Source: Mobula hypostoma
Lineage: Eukaryota
Direction: 5' to 3'
DNA length: 64,000 bases
NCBI RefSeq assembly: GCF_963921235.1
Contig: NC_086097.1
Span: 173,912,001 to 173,976,000, forward strand
Positions 26,145-40,268 of this stretch are shown piece by piece. The position numbers and the translations under genes were made by a program. The notes beneath the pieces were generated by a model. It did no database searches. It worked only from the letters and a program-made list of their open reading frames with translations, and was not told where the DNA came from. Position 1 is the stretch's first letter; each line of letters opens with the position of its first letter.

Positions 26145-26680
26145 CCTCCATCCCCCAACCCCCACTTTTTATTCTGGTACCATCCCCCTTCCTTCTATGT
26201 CCTGAAGAAAGGTCTCAGCCAAAACATCAACTATCTATTCATTTCCATAGATGCTGCCTGGCCTGTTGAGTTCCTCCAGTATTTTGTGTGTGTTGCTTTG
26301 TACTTCCAGTATCTACAGATTTTCACGCGTTTATGACTTCCTACTCCACTGTGAAGTTACTTCGAGGAATGCCTACACTGAAGAAATTAAAATTTTCTCT
26401 TTGACAGGGGTTCAGTGAAACCCTCTCTCACTGCTTCCCCTCTATGACCTCTACTGTCCTCTGTCTCTTCCACCACATACACACACAGCTAGCCTCCTTC
26501 TTCTCCTCCAACCTTTTTATTCTGGCACCGTCCCCCTTCTTTCTCAGTTCTGAAGAACAGCCCAGCCAGAAACATCAACGATCTATTCATTTCCATAGAT
26601 GCTGCCTGACCTGCTGAGTTCTTAGAGCATTTTGTGTGTGTTGCTTTGGATTTTCAGCATCTGCAGACTTTCTCATGTAT
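26145..26680 (+). mobile_element. Two tandem Penelope-derived terminal repeats (degenerate hammerhead cores)
   Basis: Two copies (~26150-26335 and ~26500-26680) of ctgaagaa...aaacatcaac...catagatgctgcctg...ttttgtgtgtgttgctttg. Confidence 0.7.
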
Positions 26681-28230
26681 CAATAATGATACTATCCTTG
26701 TCATAAATCGAGATAATAAAACTCATTCCCATTCATATGTATGAAAATCAAAAAGGAATATTAAATCAGTATGGATTGCTTCAAGTTTAACATAGCTAGA
26801 TACAAATTCAACATGGACTTCCAACAACTAAATCAAAACATGTTAAGAGAGCACATTTGTTTCACTCAGGATTTCTGCTAAAATTGGAGTTTCTTTCATA
26901 ATCTGACACCACTTGAGTTCTGCCATCCTTTCCAGGAAATTTGTTTAATTAAGTTTTACAACTAGAATATGAGAGTTTTTCTGTTATAAAAATAGAACAA
27001 AAATCAAATGAGGGAACATATAAAAGAGTGTACAAAGTTCAGTATATTGGAAGGACAGGAAGGTACTCAAAGTTTAGTATTTTCAGTCAACAATCAAAGA
27101 CTTGAGGTCATGTGCCTAAATGAAAATATATCTTTATTTTTTAAATAGTTCAAAATTTTCTACCCTTTTTTCTAGAAATGCCACTAATTTTGAATGACTC
27201 AATCTGGCAATATTTGGTATATCAAAAAAACTATAAACTAAAGTTAGAACTTGATTACATTTTTACATATCAATTTAATTATCAATTAACTAAAACAAAA
27301 GAACTGAAAAAACACAATCCAAAGAAATTATGTACACTTCCCTGTTGCATTGCAGAATAAATAATTTTCTTTATTCTTCAAGTGAGAGATTTATTAATTA
27401 TATAAGTACTTAAAAAAATAAATCACTCAAGTAATACCACTTGGATCACATCAAACACCAACTGAAAAATCATTCTATATTAAAGAAAGTTATACTAATT
27501 TGTACAAGCCATGAATTAGACCAACATTTCCTCAGAGTTATTATCTCATAGGGAATATCCAATTTCCAGCCTTTGGTTATGCATTAACATTTAAAATTAA
27601 AATTGAATCCTGGCTTCTTCTAAAGCCAGTCATGCAATAAGATCTTCTCAATGGCATGAAAGATGAGAGCTATTATAATAACCTAAACCAAAATTCTTAA
27701 AATCCCTGAAGACACTGTAGGAAATGCCCACCCTCCCTGTGATCTCACTTCTACCCCCAACCTAACACAGCTCTTCAGCACGACTATCAAAGATTCACGA
27801 TGGAAAATTCAAATCTAATTAGTTGCCATTGGGTAATTTGGTTTAGACTTAAATATATACTGTACTTCCAAAATCTATATGTGCTCTAAAACCAATGGAG
27901 ATAGGCATGCAGATAAACATTCATGCAAAAAAAGTCCAATTACCTTGACCAAATAAATAGACTGTCCCAACCTTTTTTTCCACAACTCTCTTGCCCCATT
28001 TATCTTTCAAACACTCCCACTTAAGAGCATTTTTTTGACAAAAAGGAAGAAAAGAACACATGCATTTGACAGTACATGCTAGAAACCACTTTGTTTTCAA
28101 AATAATCTCAGAGTAGTTTTATTCCACACAATTAGAACTTTTTTGTAAAGCCTCGAAGTCAATTGTAAAGGTACCCGGTTCAGAAAAATGTTTCAAATTC
28201 AAACCAAACATAGAAGAATAAATTAGGTAA

Positions 28231-28432
28231 CACATACAAAATGCTGGAGGAACTCAGCAGGTCAGGCAGCATCTATTGAAAAAAGTACAGTCAAGGTTTC
28301 GGGCCAAGACCCTTCGGCAGGAAACATTGACCGTACTTTTTCTCCATAGATGCTGCCTGGCCTGCTGAGTTCCTCCAGCATTTTGTGTGTGCCACTCGTC
28401 TTTCCAGCATCTGCAGATTCTATCTTTTTTTT
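28231..28432. mobile_element. Penelope-derived fold-back element with 16-bp TSD
   Basis: Inverted arms; direct repeat AGAATAAATTAGGTAA at 28215-28230 and 28433-28448. Confidence 0.85.
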
Positions 28433-30229
28433 AGAATAAATTAGGTAAATCTTTTGTTTCCTGAATACATATTTTTGAAATAATAATTTTAAATCATCAG
28501 ACTTCTGACACCACTGATTTATTTACCAGAAGGTGATCCTAAACATCGCCCTTTCTGTCTTTTACTACTAACCAAGATTCAACAACTAAAGACTTGAAAG
28601 CTCTAGATTGGGAATGTGCATACAGAACAACATCTTATTCATCTGTATGCTGCTCCTGCTTCATACCAGAGTGAAGAGACATTTTCTCTGTTCATTGTTT
28701 GTGAGTTTTCCTTTTCGTTCACTTGATTTTCTTTTGTAAGAACCATAAGGCAAAGTAACAGAGCTTTCAATCCACTACGTCTGTAACAACCATCAAGCAC
28801 CCATTTGCACTAATTCTTTTTACCCCTTGCATTCCCCTAGAGTGTGAAAATTCACTACTCCATTTCTTTAGCACCTGCACTTCAAAGTACTTGGGAAGTT
28901 CCCAAGGTCTTGAAATGCTGGACAGATGCAATTTTTCATTACCACACTATATTTTATCCAATCACAATTTGCAGCTATAATTGCATTTACTGTAGCAAAA
29001 TTTTCAAAGACATTGAAAAGAATATTATGAATAATTATTTGACACCAAGCCATAGAAATAAACATTAGGCTTAATCAATGCGACTGGTTTTCAGCAGCAT
29101 CTCAATGGACGAAGGAGGCAGATACAACAACAAAGCATTCAGGTGCGGGATAAAAACTGAACTTAAAAGCTTGTCAAAAACACCAGCCTTCTCCAAACCA
29201 GCTGCAGAAAAAAATTATTCAAATTTAAATGCAAGTTATATTTCTAATAACTTGTAGTTTTAGGTGGCAGAATAGGACCCTGAACCACCAATAGATGCTG
29301 GGAGGAAAATATCTTTGCAGCTCAGTTCAGCATGTATATAAGGAAATAGACACTGAGGAAGTATATTGCTGAGGACCCTCAATGGGGAGGCCAAAAGAAT
29401 AGGATGATCATTATGACTCAAGATTAAATTTAACAAGCTGTATTTATAAAACTACCACTGTAAATTTAATGTTAAATGTATTCTATTGCTGCAATTTAAT
29501 CTAATCTCAGTTTCATCTCAAGTTGAGTTATGGTATTGAAATATTTTAAGTGGTAAATGAGGCCTGTTAATAACATGTAATGAAGCATTTAAACACAACC
29601 ATGCATTATAAGAAAATATTGAATGAAATATCAGGGCTTGAAAAAAAGACTTGCATTTATACAGGAGCCATGATAGCCGCAGGACATTTCATGCAACCTG
29701 GAGATATACCAAAGCATTTTACAGCACGTTACTTTTGAATTATACTCACTATTGCAATGTACGAAGTGAAACAGCTAATTTGTACAGCGCAAGCTCTCAC
29801 AATTGCATGATGCAACCAAATAATCAGCTCTTATATCGAGGCAAGGGAAAACTTAATTAGGACAAAGATGTCTTAGTCAAAAGAACAAGTGCAATTAAAT
29901 TTTTTTTAAAACAGTACAGGTTGATACGAGTTTCTCAAAACACAAATGGAAAACTTGCCAATGCTCAAAGTGACACTAATGTTGGATCCAGAGATGTTAT
30001 GATCCAGTGATTCTTTGGAAGACAAGAATGAGGTGATTGCTACTGTTTTATTAAATGTTAAATAGCAAAGGACAAACAAAAAAGTCTTGCTCATCTTATA
30101 CAAGGGAGATAGATAAAGCACATTCCAGTGATAAGAAATAACCTATGAAATAGCTTTGGTGGTGAACTGCAAAACACTTCTAGAAAAATACAGAATCAGC
30201 TGGAACACTTGGATAATGAAGATGCATAC

Positions 30230-33130
30230 ATCAGTTTGATCCTCAATGACCACAGCTCCTCATTCAACACTGGGCCTCAATATCTCCTTATGCAACTGGA
30301 TTCTCAATTTACTCACTTGCAGCCTCCAGTCAGTATAGAATAGCAACATCTTCTCCACAAACACCATCAACACAGGTACACCACAAAGCTGTGTGCGTAG
30401 CCCCATATTCAAGTTTGCTGAGAACACCACTGTTGTTGTCCAAATCAAAGACACTGACAAATCAGCAAGCAAGAGGGAGATTAAAAATCTAGTTGATTGA
30501 TCATCATGTCAGAGTATCTGTTCTGGAAGCAGCACACAAGTGCCATCACATAGAAGACACAGAGCGCCTCTACTTTTCAGATATTTGCACAGATTTAGCA
30601 TGTAGATTTGACAAACTGCCAAAGATGCATCGTGAAGAGTATTCAAACTGGTTGCATCCTGGCCTGGTACAGAAACACAAATGGATGGGAATGGAAAAGT
30701 CTACAGAAAGTGGTGGATATAGCCCAGTGCCTCACAGGCAAAGTCTTCCCCACCATAAAGCACATCAGAATCAGAATCAGGTTTATTATCAATAACGTAT
30801 GCAGTGAAAGTTGTTTTGTGACAGCAGTACATTGCAATACATAATAATAAAAACTGTAAATTACAAAAAGTATACTGTACATAAAAGAAGAAAATTAAAT
30901 TAAGTAGTACGAGTATAGAACAAAAAGAAAGACCAGGTCTTGTTCATGGGTTCATTGCCCTTTCAGAAATCTGATGGCAGAGGGGAAGAAGCTGTTCCTG
31001 AAACATTGAGCGTGTGTCTTCAGGCTCCTGTATCTCCTCCTTGATGGAAGCAATGAGATGAGAGCATGTCCTGGGTGATAAGGAAGCTTAGTGATGGATG
31101 CAGTCTTTTTGAATCATTGCCTTTTGAAGATGTACTCTATGCTATATATACAGTGGCTACATTTCATTCAGAGTTTGAGGAGATTTGGTATGTCACCAAA
31201 GACACTCGCAAATTTCTACAGGTTTACATTCTAACTGGCTGCATCACTGTCTGGTATGCGGATCGGGGGTGGGGGGGAGGTCTACTGCATAGGATTGAAA
31301 TAAGCTGCGAAGAGTTGTAAACTTAGTCATTTCCATCATGGGCACTGGCCACCATAGTATCCAGGACATCTTCAACGAGCAATACCTCAAGAAGGTGGCA
31401 TCCATCATTCAAGACTCCCATCACCCAGGACATGCCTTGTTCTCATTTTTACCAGAGCTAGCAGACTTTACAAGCTTCTGCAGCTTTTTCTGATCCTGTG
31501 CAGTGGTCCCCTCCATACCAGATGGTGATGGAGCGCTACCACAACAAAACAGCATCTATCATAGTTCAAGTTTAATTGGCATTCAACCCATGAATACAGC
31601 CAAATGAAATAGTGTTACTCCAGAACCAGGGTGTAAAACACAGTTCCAACAGTCATACACAGCACAATGCACATATAAGGTAGCAAGCATATATAAGATA
31701 CCAGTAAAATACAGTCACACAAAAAAATAAATAATCCAAGACCCTGGGCCCATGAATGTTGCAACAGTCTACAGTTGAACACAATATGGCTTGTCTTCTG
31801 CCAAGTGAACACAGGGGTGGGGCAGCTTGGATGCCTTGCCACACCCCCAGCAAACCAGCAGAGTGGACCGATTCCAATGCCTCTCTCCTGGGTGGCTGTA
31901 AAGAGGCAAAACTGTGGCTTGAGGCCTAGTCCTCGCGACAACCAAAGCAATGTAGCTCCCTTGCCATCCACCAATAAATCAGTGAATCGGACACCCAACA
32001 TTCCACATTAACAATGTGCAACAGCAGGATCTTACAATCACAAGAAAAGCAACTGAAGCAATCAGTCGCTGTCAGACTGCACAACAAATTTGTGCATCAA
32101 CTCCTCTAATGACTCTCTGATGCAGGCTGAAGCACAATCCACACCCAAGTCCAGCCCCTTCAGTTTCTCCACCAACGAGCAACTCGCTGATGTGGTCGAC
32201 CTGTGGTACTTTAACTTCCTAATACACAGCAGGGTCTTGCAATTGTTAAAAATACATTTAAAAAAAGACAATAACACCTTTGTTTGACTCTGTAGAAGCT
32301 GCTACAACCAAACACGCTGCCATCTTACCCTCACCATCCAGATCATGCTTTTTTTCTTGGACAGGAACTATAGGAGCCTTAGGACCCACACTATCATGTT
32401 CAGGAATAGTTATTAAACTAAAACCATCAGGTTCTTAAACCAGCATGGATAACTTCACTCACCACAACTCTGAATTAATTCCACAACCTACAGGCTCATT
32501 TTCAAGGACTCTACAGCTCATGTTCTCAGTATTTTTTTTTGACAATTTGTCTTCTTTTACACATTGGTATTGGTTGGTCTTTATGTTTTGTTTTTCATAA
32601 ATTCTATTGTATTTGTATATTTTCCTGTAAATACCTGTAAGAAAATGAATCTCAAGGGAGTATGTGGTAATGTATATGAACTTTGATAATAACTTTACTT
32701 TGACTTTGATTATAAAATATTTAAGCAAGCACAAAGGAAATTAAACTATGAGAAAAATAACAATATTACATTATAATCTCTAACACTGCTGCAAACAAGG
32801 CACTACTTAATTGATGCCTCCTGACCAGTTGCATTGTGGTTTGGTATGGCAATTCAAATACACAGGAATGTAAGAACTTGCAAAGTAGAGAACTACATCA
32901 AACACATCACAGGCACATCTCTCCCCACCATTAGTACCTATAGAAGGCGCTGTCTTGTCAAGGCAATATCGATCATCCAACGTCATCTTCTCACAGCTAA
33001 TATTAAGCAGGAGTCAAAGAGCACAGAGGTACAGAAGCCTAAATTCCCATACCACCAAGGTTCAAGTACCATTCAGTTCCTGATCCAACCAACAGAAACG
33101 CCACTTACGACTGTTTGATGACTTTGATCA
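30230..33130. mobile_element. Cluster of nested, old Rex/Babar-type LINE fragments in both orientations
   Basis: RT remnants (INTGTPQSCV, KFAENTTVV, ILTGCITVWY, KDSHHPGHALF) and short tandem tails such as atcagaatcagaatcag. Internal boundaries not resolved. Confidence 0.65.
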
Positions 33131-35439
33131 CTTCACACTAAAATTTACTATTGTGTTCTAGTTGTCTTCTTTCTTGTAAAAATTGTGTATAATTTATGTT
33201 TATGTTTTGTTTAAGATCAGTGACTAATGACAACTCCATCTACCCACAGTAATCATCTCCTCCCTGCTTGACAAATGTCTATCCAACTCGGCCTTGAAAA
33301 GACAGCTGTAAAGACAAAGAACATCCACCTTATTTTCCCAGGACCTTGTGTGTCTAATTCAAGTCCAACTCACCCTTTTAAAGACCAACAGTCACAAGCC
33401 CAGACTGTTAAGACATTCCTCATGAGACAACCTCCAACCCCAACAACTGCAGGTTAGAATTTAATTTCAATTTAGTAAATCTTCTCTGAACTGCTTCAAA
33501 TACATTAACATCCTTCTTTAATTAAATATACCAATACTGTATACAGTACTCTGGATCTAATCTCAGCAATAACCTACAGAACTATAACTTAACTTCCCTA
33601 CTTTTGTATTGAATTTCCCTACCAACAAACAATACCACTATTAACGTTCATAGTTACTTGATCTACCCCCACATGGTAATGTTTTGTGAATCATGTATCA
33701 AGGCATCAGAAACCTCCCCATCTCAAAGCTCTGCAATCTGTCAGCATTTAGATAACTTCCCTGCCAAAATGGATAAGCACACATTATATTCAATTTGCCA
33801 GATCATTGCCCTCTCACTTAATCTATCTATATCCTTTTGCAACCTTTTTGTGCCTTCTTCACAACTCAACATCTTTTGAACATAGAACAACATACAGCAT
33901 ACTACAGGCCCTTCAGCCCACAATGTTTTGAAGCTGAAAGTTACTGAAATTTGTTGGGGGAAAGTTCAAAGAAAGTTAATAACACATCCGCACTGTGTTA
34001 TACTTGATCTCAGCACATCTGATGTGCCAAAACCTTTCATTCAGCAGCATTAATTTTGCTTTTAAATAGCCCTTAGCAACACTGCTGATTGCATCTAAAC
34101 AATGAACAAAATATTACTCCTTCAATCATCAACAGAGGGAAAAAAGCACCATTCTGAATTATACAATTAACAAGAAGTACTCAACAATTCAATAATTATA
34201 GAAAATAATCTTGATGAAGGTTTTGGATTGCAGGCAAAATGTTGAAAATTGTGTTGGGAGGTAATTGAGAACTCCAAACATGTAAAAAACTGAAAAGTCT
34301 CTGAAATTTAGTTAATGAAAAAATGATCTTGCATGAAACATATGAATAGTTTGAAGTCCTACAGAGGAAAATACAGAGTTGGCATACTCCTTCACAGAAA
34401 AATAAGAACGGGAGGGAGTGGAAGGAAAGAAGAAAAAGTAAAGAAGTCAAGCATTGGCAAGACCCAATCATTGGCCTCTAGGGATGTGCATACCACAGAA
34501 TAATTTGTCCAAACGTCATAACTAATTTTACAATCTCAAACGTTAACCAAGAGTTTAAAAGCATCTGTAACAAATACTTGTTTTTAAAGAGTTTTCTACT
34601 TTGTTGACCTTTGATCCAACACTGAATGCAGCACGAAATTCAAGTTCAAATTTTTTTCGAGGAGGAAACCTGATCTTTATGCCAGTAGCCATCTGCATGG
34701 TACAACATCAAACGCTGGTTCTGTAATGTTCAAACTCATATGTTCTAAATCTATTTCTGCTGCCTGTATATTTATCTATAATTGGCTTCACCAAAAAAAA
34801 AAATCAGCTCCCCTTGGGACATCTGGCCTTGAAACAGTCACCTTCACACTGCAATACTCTGAAACCCAAAAGGTCTTTTTCCTTTTGTTAAAAAATACCC
34901 TTTTCCAAAAGCTTCACGGGTGGCATACTTTTTATATATTATTTACAGCTTTAAAAAACACAAATCAGCTTTTAATCATTTAACAAATGTACAAAGACCG
35001 TGAAGTGTCATGTTTTGGCTTCAAATTTATGCACAATTAGAAGTTTTCATGAGGTGCAGTAAGCTTTTAAATTTTTATACTAAAATTAAACTCACAGCAA
35101 TAGAACAATATTTAAAGCCAATTAAAACACTAAGCAAGGATCAATCACAACAAATGCTTCAAGTTATACAATTACATAAAGTCATTCATGTCTTTGTTGG
35201 ATAATCAGCAGCAGACCAATTGAGACACAGCCGATTCAAACAATGAATGTTTGGGATCAATGATAATCTGTGCTGGAAACTCAGGATTAATTTTCCTCAA
35301 ATATAACTTGGCACCCGTCCACCAATTGTGAGTGTATTCACTTCATGGGATTACACAATACAGCTAATTATGATAGAAGGTTCGACAAAGAGCTTGAAAA
35401 AGCAGCAAGTTTTTCGGCAGGAACTATTGATTGGAGTAC

Positions 35440-37040
35440 AAAGGAAAAAGTGCAAGGCACAGTCAAAGGTCTTAAAGTGAGTAAGTCACCTGGACCACAT
35501 GGACTACATCTCAGAGTCCTGAGAGAGGTCACTGAAGAGGTAAGATATGCACTGGTCATGATCTTTCAAGAATCACTTGATTCTGGCATGGTCCCAGAGA
35601 ACTGGAAGATAGCAATTATCACTCTAATCTTTGAGAAGGGAGGAGGCAATAGAAAGGAAATTATAGGCCAGTTAGCCTAACCTCAGTGGTTGGGAAAGTG
35701 TTGGAATCTATTATTTAGGATGAGGTTTTGAGGTATTTGGAGACTAATGATAAAATAAGTCAAAGTCAGCATGGGTTCTGTAAAGTCTTGCCTGATAAAT
35801 CTGTTAGAATGGACATGGAGAGGCAGTGGATGTCATTTACTTGGATTTTCAGAAGGTATTTGATAAGGTGCCACAGATGAGGCTGCTAAACAAGATAAAA
35901 TCCTATGGCATTACAGGAAAGATACTGACATGAGAGTGGAATGGTTGACAGGCAGGAGGCAGCGAGTGGGAATAAAAGGGGCCTTTTCTGGTTGGCTGCC
36001 AATGACCAGTGGTGTTCCTCTGGGGTCAATAATGGGAACACTGTTTTTCAGATTGTTTGTCAATGATTTATATAGTGGAATTGCTAGCTTTGTGGCAAAG
36101 TTTGCGGACAATATGAAGATAAGTGGAGGGGTAGCTAGTGCTGAGGAAGCAATGCAATTGTAGCAGGAACATAAACACGAGGAATTCTGCAAATGCTGGA
36201 AATTCAAGCAACAAACATCAAAGTTGCTGGTGAATGTAGCAGGCCAGGCAGCATTCAATTGTAGCAGGACTTAGACAAATTGGAAGAATGGGCAAAAAAG
36301 TGGCAGATGGAATACAATTTTGGGAAATGTATGATAATGCATCTTGGTAAAAGGAACAATAGTGAGGACTATTATCTAAATGAGCAGAAGGTTCAAATAT
36401 CAGAGGTGCAGAGGAGTCCTCATGCAAGACTCCCAGAAGGTTAATTTGCAGGTTGAGTCTGTGGTAAAGAAGGCAAAAGCAATGTTGGCATTTGTTTCAA
36501 GGGCAATAGAACATAAAAGCAAGGAGATAATGCTAAGCCTTTGTAAAACACTAGTCAGGCTGCACAGAGTATTGTCAACAGATTTGGGGCCCTTCTGTCA
36601 GAAAGGATGTGTTGTCATTGGAGACAGTCCAGAGGAGGTTCAGGAGGATGATTCCAGGAATGTAGAGGGTAACATATGAGGAGCGTGTGGAAGCTTTGGG
36701 CCTGTACTCACTGGAACTTAGAAGAATGTCAGGGGATCTCACTGAAACCTACTGAATGTTGAAAGGACTAGATAGGATGGATGTGGAGAGATATTTCCTA
36801 TGGTGGGTGTATCCAGAACTAGAGGGCACAGACTCAAATTGAGGGGCAGCCTTTTAGAACAGAAGTAAGGAGGAATTTCTTTAGCCAGAGAGTGCAGAAT
36901 CTGTGGAATGCTCTGCCACAGACTGCAGTGGAGGCCAAGTCCATAGGTATATTTAAGGCGGAAGTTGATAAGCTACCTGATCGGTCAGGGCATCAAAGGA
37001 TACGCTGAGAAAGCAGGTGTATGGGGTTGAGTGGGATCGC
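35440..37040 (+). mobile_element. CR1 LINE, RT and 3' end, decayed
   Basis: KSPGPHGLHLRVL, VPENWKIA, YLDFQKVFDKVP, SGVPLGS, KFADNMK, RRNFFSQRV. Confidence 0.9.
36169..36255 (-). mobile_element. Short Penelope-derived insertion in CR1 with 14-bp TSD
   Basis: CAATTGTAGCAGGA at 36155-36168 and 36256-36269 flanks the family terminal sequence. Confidence 0.85.
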
Positions 37041-37281
37041 ATGCACTTGCATGGCCTTTAGAATTAAACCATGCTTAAAGCAAACACTTTTAAATAGTGT
37101 CAATTCTGTTTCTGTTCAAAAAGTAGTGATTTTTATCACTGATAGTTGGTGACAAAGAAGCAGCAAGACCAAATCAGAACTGTTGTGCTCACCGCATTTT
37201 CAAGCATTCAAGCTTGGAGTTGCCAGAAATGGCCAGGAGTGAAAATGAAACAATTTCTCTACTTCAACAAGAGAGGAATTA

Positions 37282-38847
37282 CAGGTGTCCCCCACTTTTC
37301 GAACGTTCGCTTTATGGAACCTCACTGTTACGAAAGACCTACATTAGTACTCTGTTTTCGCTTTCAGAAGGTGTTTTCACTGTTATGAAAAAAAAAGCAG
37401 CGCGCAGGGAAAATCTGCGCGCAAAAAAACCAGCACATGATAAAAGGCAGCGCGCGCTCTGAGCAGCCACTCTCCCCCGGATTTGGAACTGCATTATCGC
37501 CGGCATTGCTTTAACACTTGCCTGTAAGCAGCCGTTTGCAAGATGAGTTCTAAGGTATTGGAAAAGCCTAAAAGAGCTCGTAAGGGTGTTACACTTAGCG
37601 TAAAACTAGACATAATTAAGCGCTTCGATCGTGGTGAACGAAGTAAGGACTAAGTGAGTTTGGCTTGTGGAAGCTGACGAACATGATGTTGAAGAGGTTT
37701 TGGCGTCCCATGACCAAGAACTGATAGATGAAGAGCTGATGCAATTGGAAGAGGAAAGAATAACAATTGAAACCGAATACAGTAGCGAACAGACCGAAGG
37801 TGAAGTCGTCCAGGAACTGAACGTGAAGCAACTGCATGACATTTTCGCTGCAATGATAAAGTACGTCTTTAATTTTGAAAGGGTACGTAGGTTTAGGGGA
37901 TATTTGCCTTATAAACAACTATATGATAGAAAAATGCACGAGGCTCAGCAGTCAAGCAAGCCTTCCGCATCAGCCACAGCAGACGACGAACCTCGACCTT
38001 CGACATCGAGGCAGGCAGTCATAGGAGAAGATGAGCTGCCTGCTCTAATGGAAACAGATGACGAGATGACACCCCAGTGTCCCACCACCCCGTGATTCGC
38101 GGAGAATACAGCGGCAGCCAGGAGGCACACAGCACATCTTGAAGAAAAAAGCTGAAATAAACATGCTAATTAATTAGGTGCAGTCTGACACGTAATTAAT
38201 TAGCAAGTTTATTTTGGCTTTTTTCTTAAAGATGTGCTGGATGCCTCCTGGCTACCGCTGTACCCCTGCATGCTTCACTGTTCAGTATCTGTCGGCGGCC
38301 TGGAGGGTGGGGGCCACTGCACCAGCCAACCGGCTACAACTCAGTCTAACACACCACCATCAGTGTGCTCGATGCGATCTTCCCGATTCCAGTAAGTGAT
38401 ACTACACTGTACATACATTATTTCTACTTTATATAGGCTGTGTATTTTTATGTGTTATTTGGTATGATTTGGCAGCTTCATAGCTTAAAGGTTACTGGAG
38501 AGCGCTTGCGCCGTGTTTTTGCCAACAGCGCTTGCATGAGATTTTCTGCCGACGGCGCTTGCGTGAGATTTTCACTACAGAGAACAGTGCAGTAATGATT
38601 GTGGAAAAGTATTTCTACTTTATATAGGCTATGTATTTATCATATCATTCCTGCTTTTACTATACGTTACTGTTATTTTAGGTTTTATGTGTTATTTGGC
38701 ATGATTTGGTAGGTTATTTTTGGGTCTGCGAACGCTCACAAATTTTTCCCATGTAATTAAATGGTAATTGCTTTTTCGCTTTATGACATTTCGACTTACG
38801 AACCATTTCATAAGAACGCTTTACCTTCGGATGGCAGGGGAAACCTG
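37282..38847 (+). mobile_element. Internally deleted Tigger/pogo DNA transposon
   Basis: TA|caggtgtcccc...ggggaaacctg|AA ends. From ATG 37543, HTH-psq MSSKVLEKPKRARKGVTLSVKLDIIKRFDRGE is joined to the acidic C-terminus DVEEVLASHDQELIDEELMQLEEE; the DDE core is missing. Confidence 0.85.
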
Positions 38848-38849
38848 AA

Positions 38850-39253
38850 CAAAGAATTTGACGGTATCAACAATCATCTTGAACGTTACAATGAAAATGA
38901 ATATTTCGAGGATACAATAATCGAAAGCGGTGTCTGAAGGCAATCCATTATTTATACTAGGTGTCTGCACTGATTTTGTTAATTTACAATCAATCAAAAG
39001 AACATGGCAGCGTACACTGGATTAATTACTATTAGGAACTAATACACAGTTTTATAATACTGTTGTAGTATTGATAGTGTTCTAACTTGTTTTTCATTTA
39101 AACACATACCTTATTCCTGAGTTAAATGGTAGTTTTCCTTTTTTTATATATTTTTATAACTATTTCCATGAAACTTTATTAAATTGGAGCAGCCACTTAA
39201 CTGGGCCAAAATATACTGGTCCTGGTGTGTTTCAATTAACTAGAATCCACTGT
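38850..39253 (+). mobile_element. 3' part of an older Tigger-like element hosting the 37282-38847 insertion
   Basis: Ends in TIR-like tgtttcaattaactagaatccactg|ta. Sequence probably continues from ~37120-37280; left TIR not found. Confidence 0.5.
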
Positions 39254-39733
39254 ATATACAAGTCTGGGCTGTCATTTACATTCCACATGAGCCTCCCTAT
39301 GGGATTCTTCATCAAAATCTATTAGCATAAACATTTCTTCTTTCCTCCTATGTGCTTGCCCAGTTTCTTCATAAATACATTTATATTATTGACTTCAACT
39401 GCTCTACATGCTAGTGATCTTTGGGTAAAGATAATTTTCGTCAGAATTGACATTTGATTTCTTGATGACTTTCTAACAATGGTGGCCCCTACTTGTGCTC
39501 TTCTAGGAAAATCTTTCATCTTTTTGGAGACCATTAGGTCATTGCCCTGCCTAATCTGTTGAATCTTCTACCTAATAATGTATATCCTCATATTTATTGT
39601 GTCATCCTTGTAAATCATCTCTGCACTCTCATCAGGGCCTTTATAAATTCACTTAACAGTACAGTGACCAGAAATGCATGAAGTAGAAGTGTGTGGCCAA
39701 GCCAAGATTCAATACATGCTTGGCATAACCTTT

Positions 39734-39903
39734 CACGAGGAAATCTGCAGATGCTGGAAATTCAAGCAACACACACAAAATGCTGGTGGAACACAGCAGG
39801 CCAGGCAGCATCCACAGGAAGAAGCACAGTCGACGTTCGACTGTGCTTCTTCCTATGGATGCTGCCTGGCCTGCTGCGTTCCACCAGCATTTTGTGTGTG
39901 TTG
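39734..39903. mobile_element. Young Penelope-derived hairpin element with 14-bp TSD
   Basis: Near-perfect arms of ~65 bp centred on cagtcga-cgt-tcgactg; TSD TTGGCATAACCTTT at 39720-39733 and 39904-39917. Confidence 0.9.
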
Positions 39904-39992
39904 TTGGCATAACCTTTGTAAGTTTCAACTGTACCACTTTGAAAACAAACCCTGAGTGTCAGCTTTGCTTTCTTTATGCCTTACTAACATTT

Positions 39993-40268
39993 GGGGCAGC
40001 ATTGTAGCATAGTAGTTGGAACAACACTTTACTGTACCAGTGACACCAGTTCAATTCCTGCCACAGCTTATTAGGAATTTGTATGTTCTCCCCATAACCG
40101 TATGGGTTTCCTCCAGGTGCTCCGGTTTCCTCCCACAGTCCAAAGGTTAATTGGTCATTGCAAATTGGCCCATGATTAGGCTACAATTAAATTGTAGAAT
40201 TGCTGGGGGCATGGCTCAAAGGGCTGGAAGGGCCTATTCCATGCTGTATTTCAATAATTAAATAAATA
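39993..40268 (+). mobile_element. tRNA-derived V-SINE (HE1-like)
   Basis: A/B-box-like head (gttcaattcc) and V-domain core gtatgttctcccc...tgggtttcctccaggtgctccggtttcctcccaca, with a CR1-like tail. Confidence 0.7.

Noticed and set aside
28520..28700. Possible VPS13B exon 4 (minus-strand donor-like tctg|gtaaat near 28525)
   Set aside because: Translation does not resemble the expected next VPS13B segment (ending DPDLPPG as recalled). No further exon was recognised in 1-48538, though a short diverged one could have been missed.
39993..40065. tRNA gene
   Set aside because: Degenerate tRNA-derived SINE head continuing into a V-SINE core; no cloverleaf.
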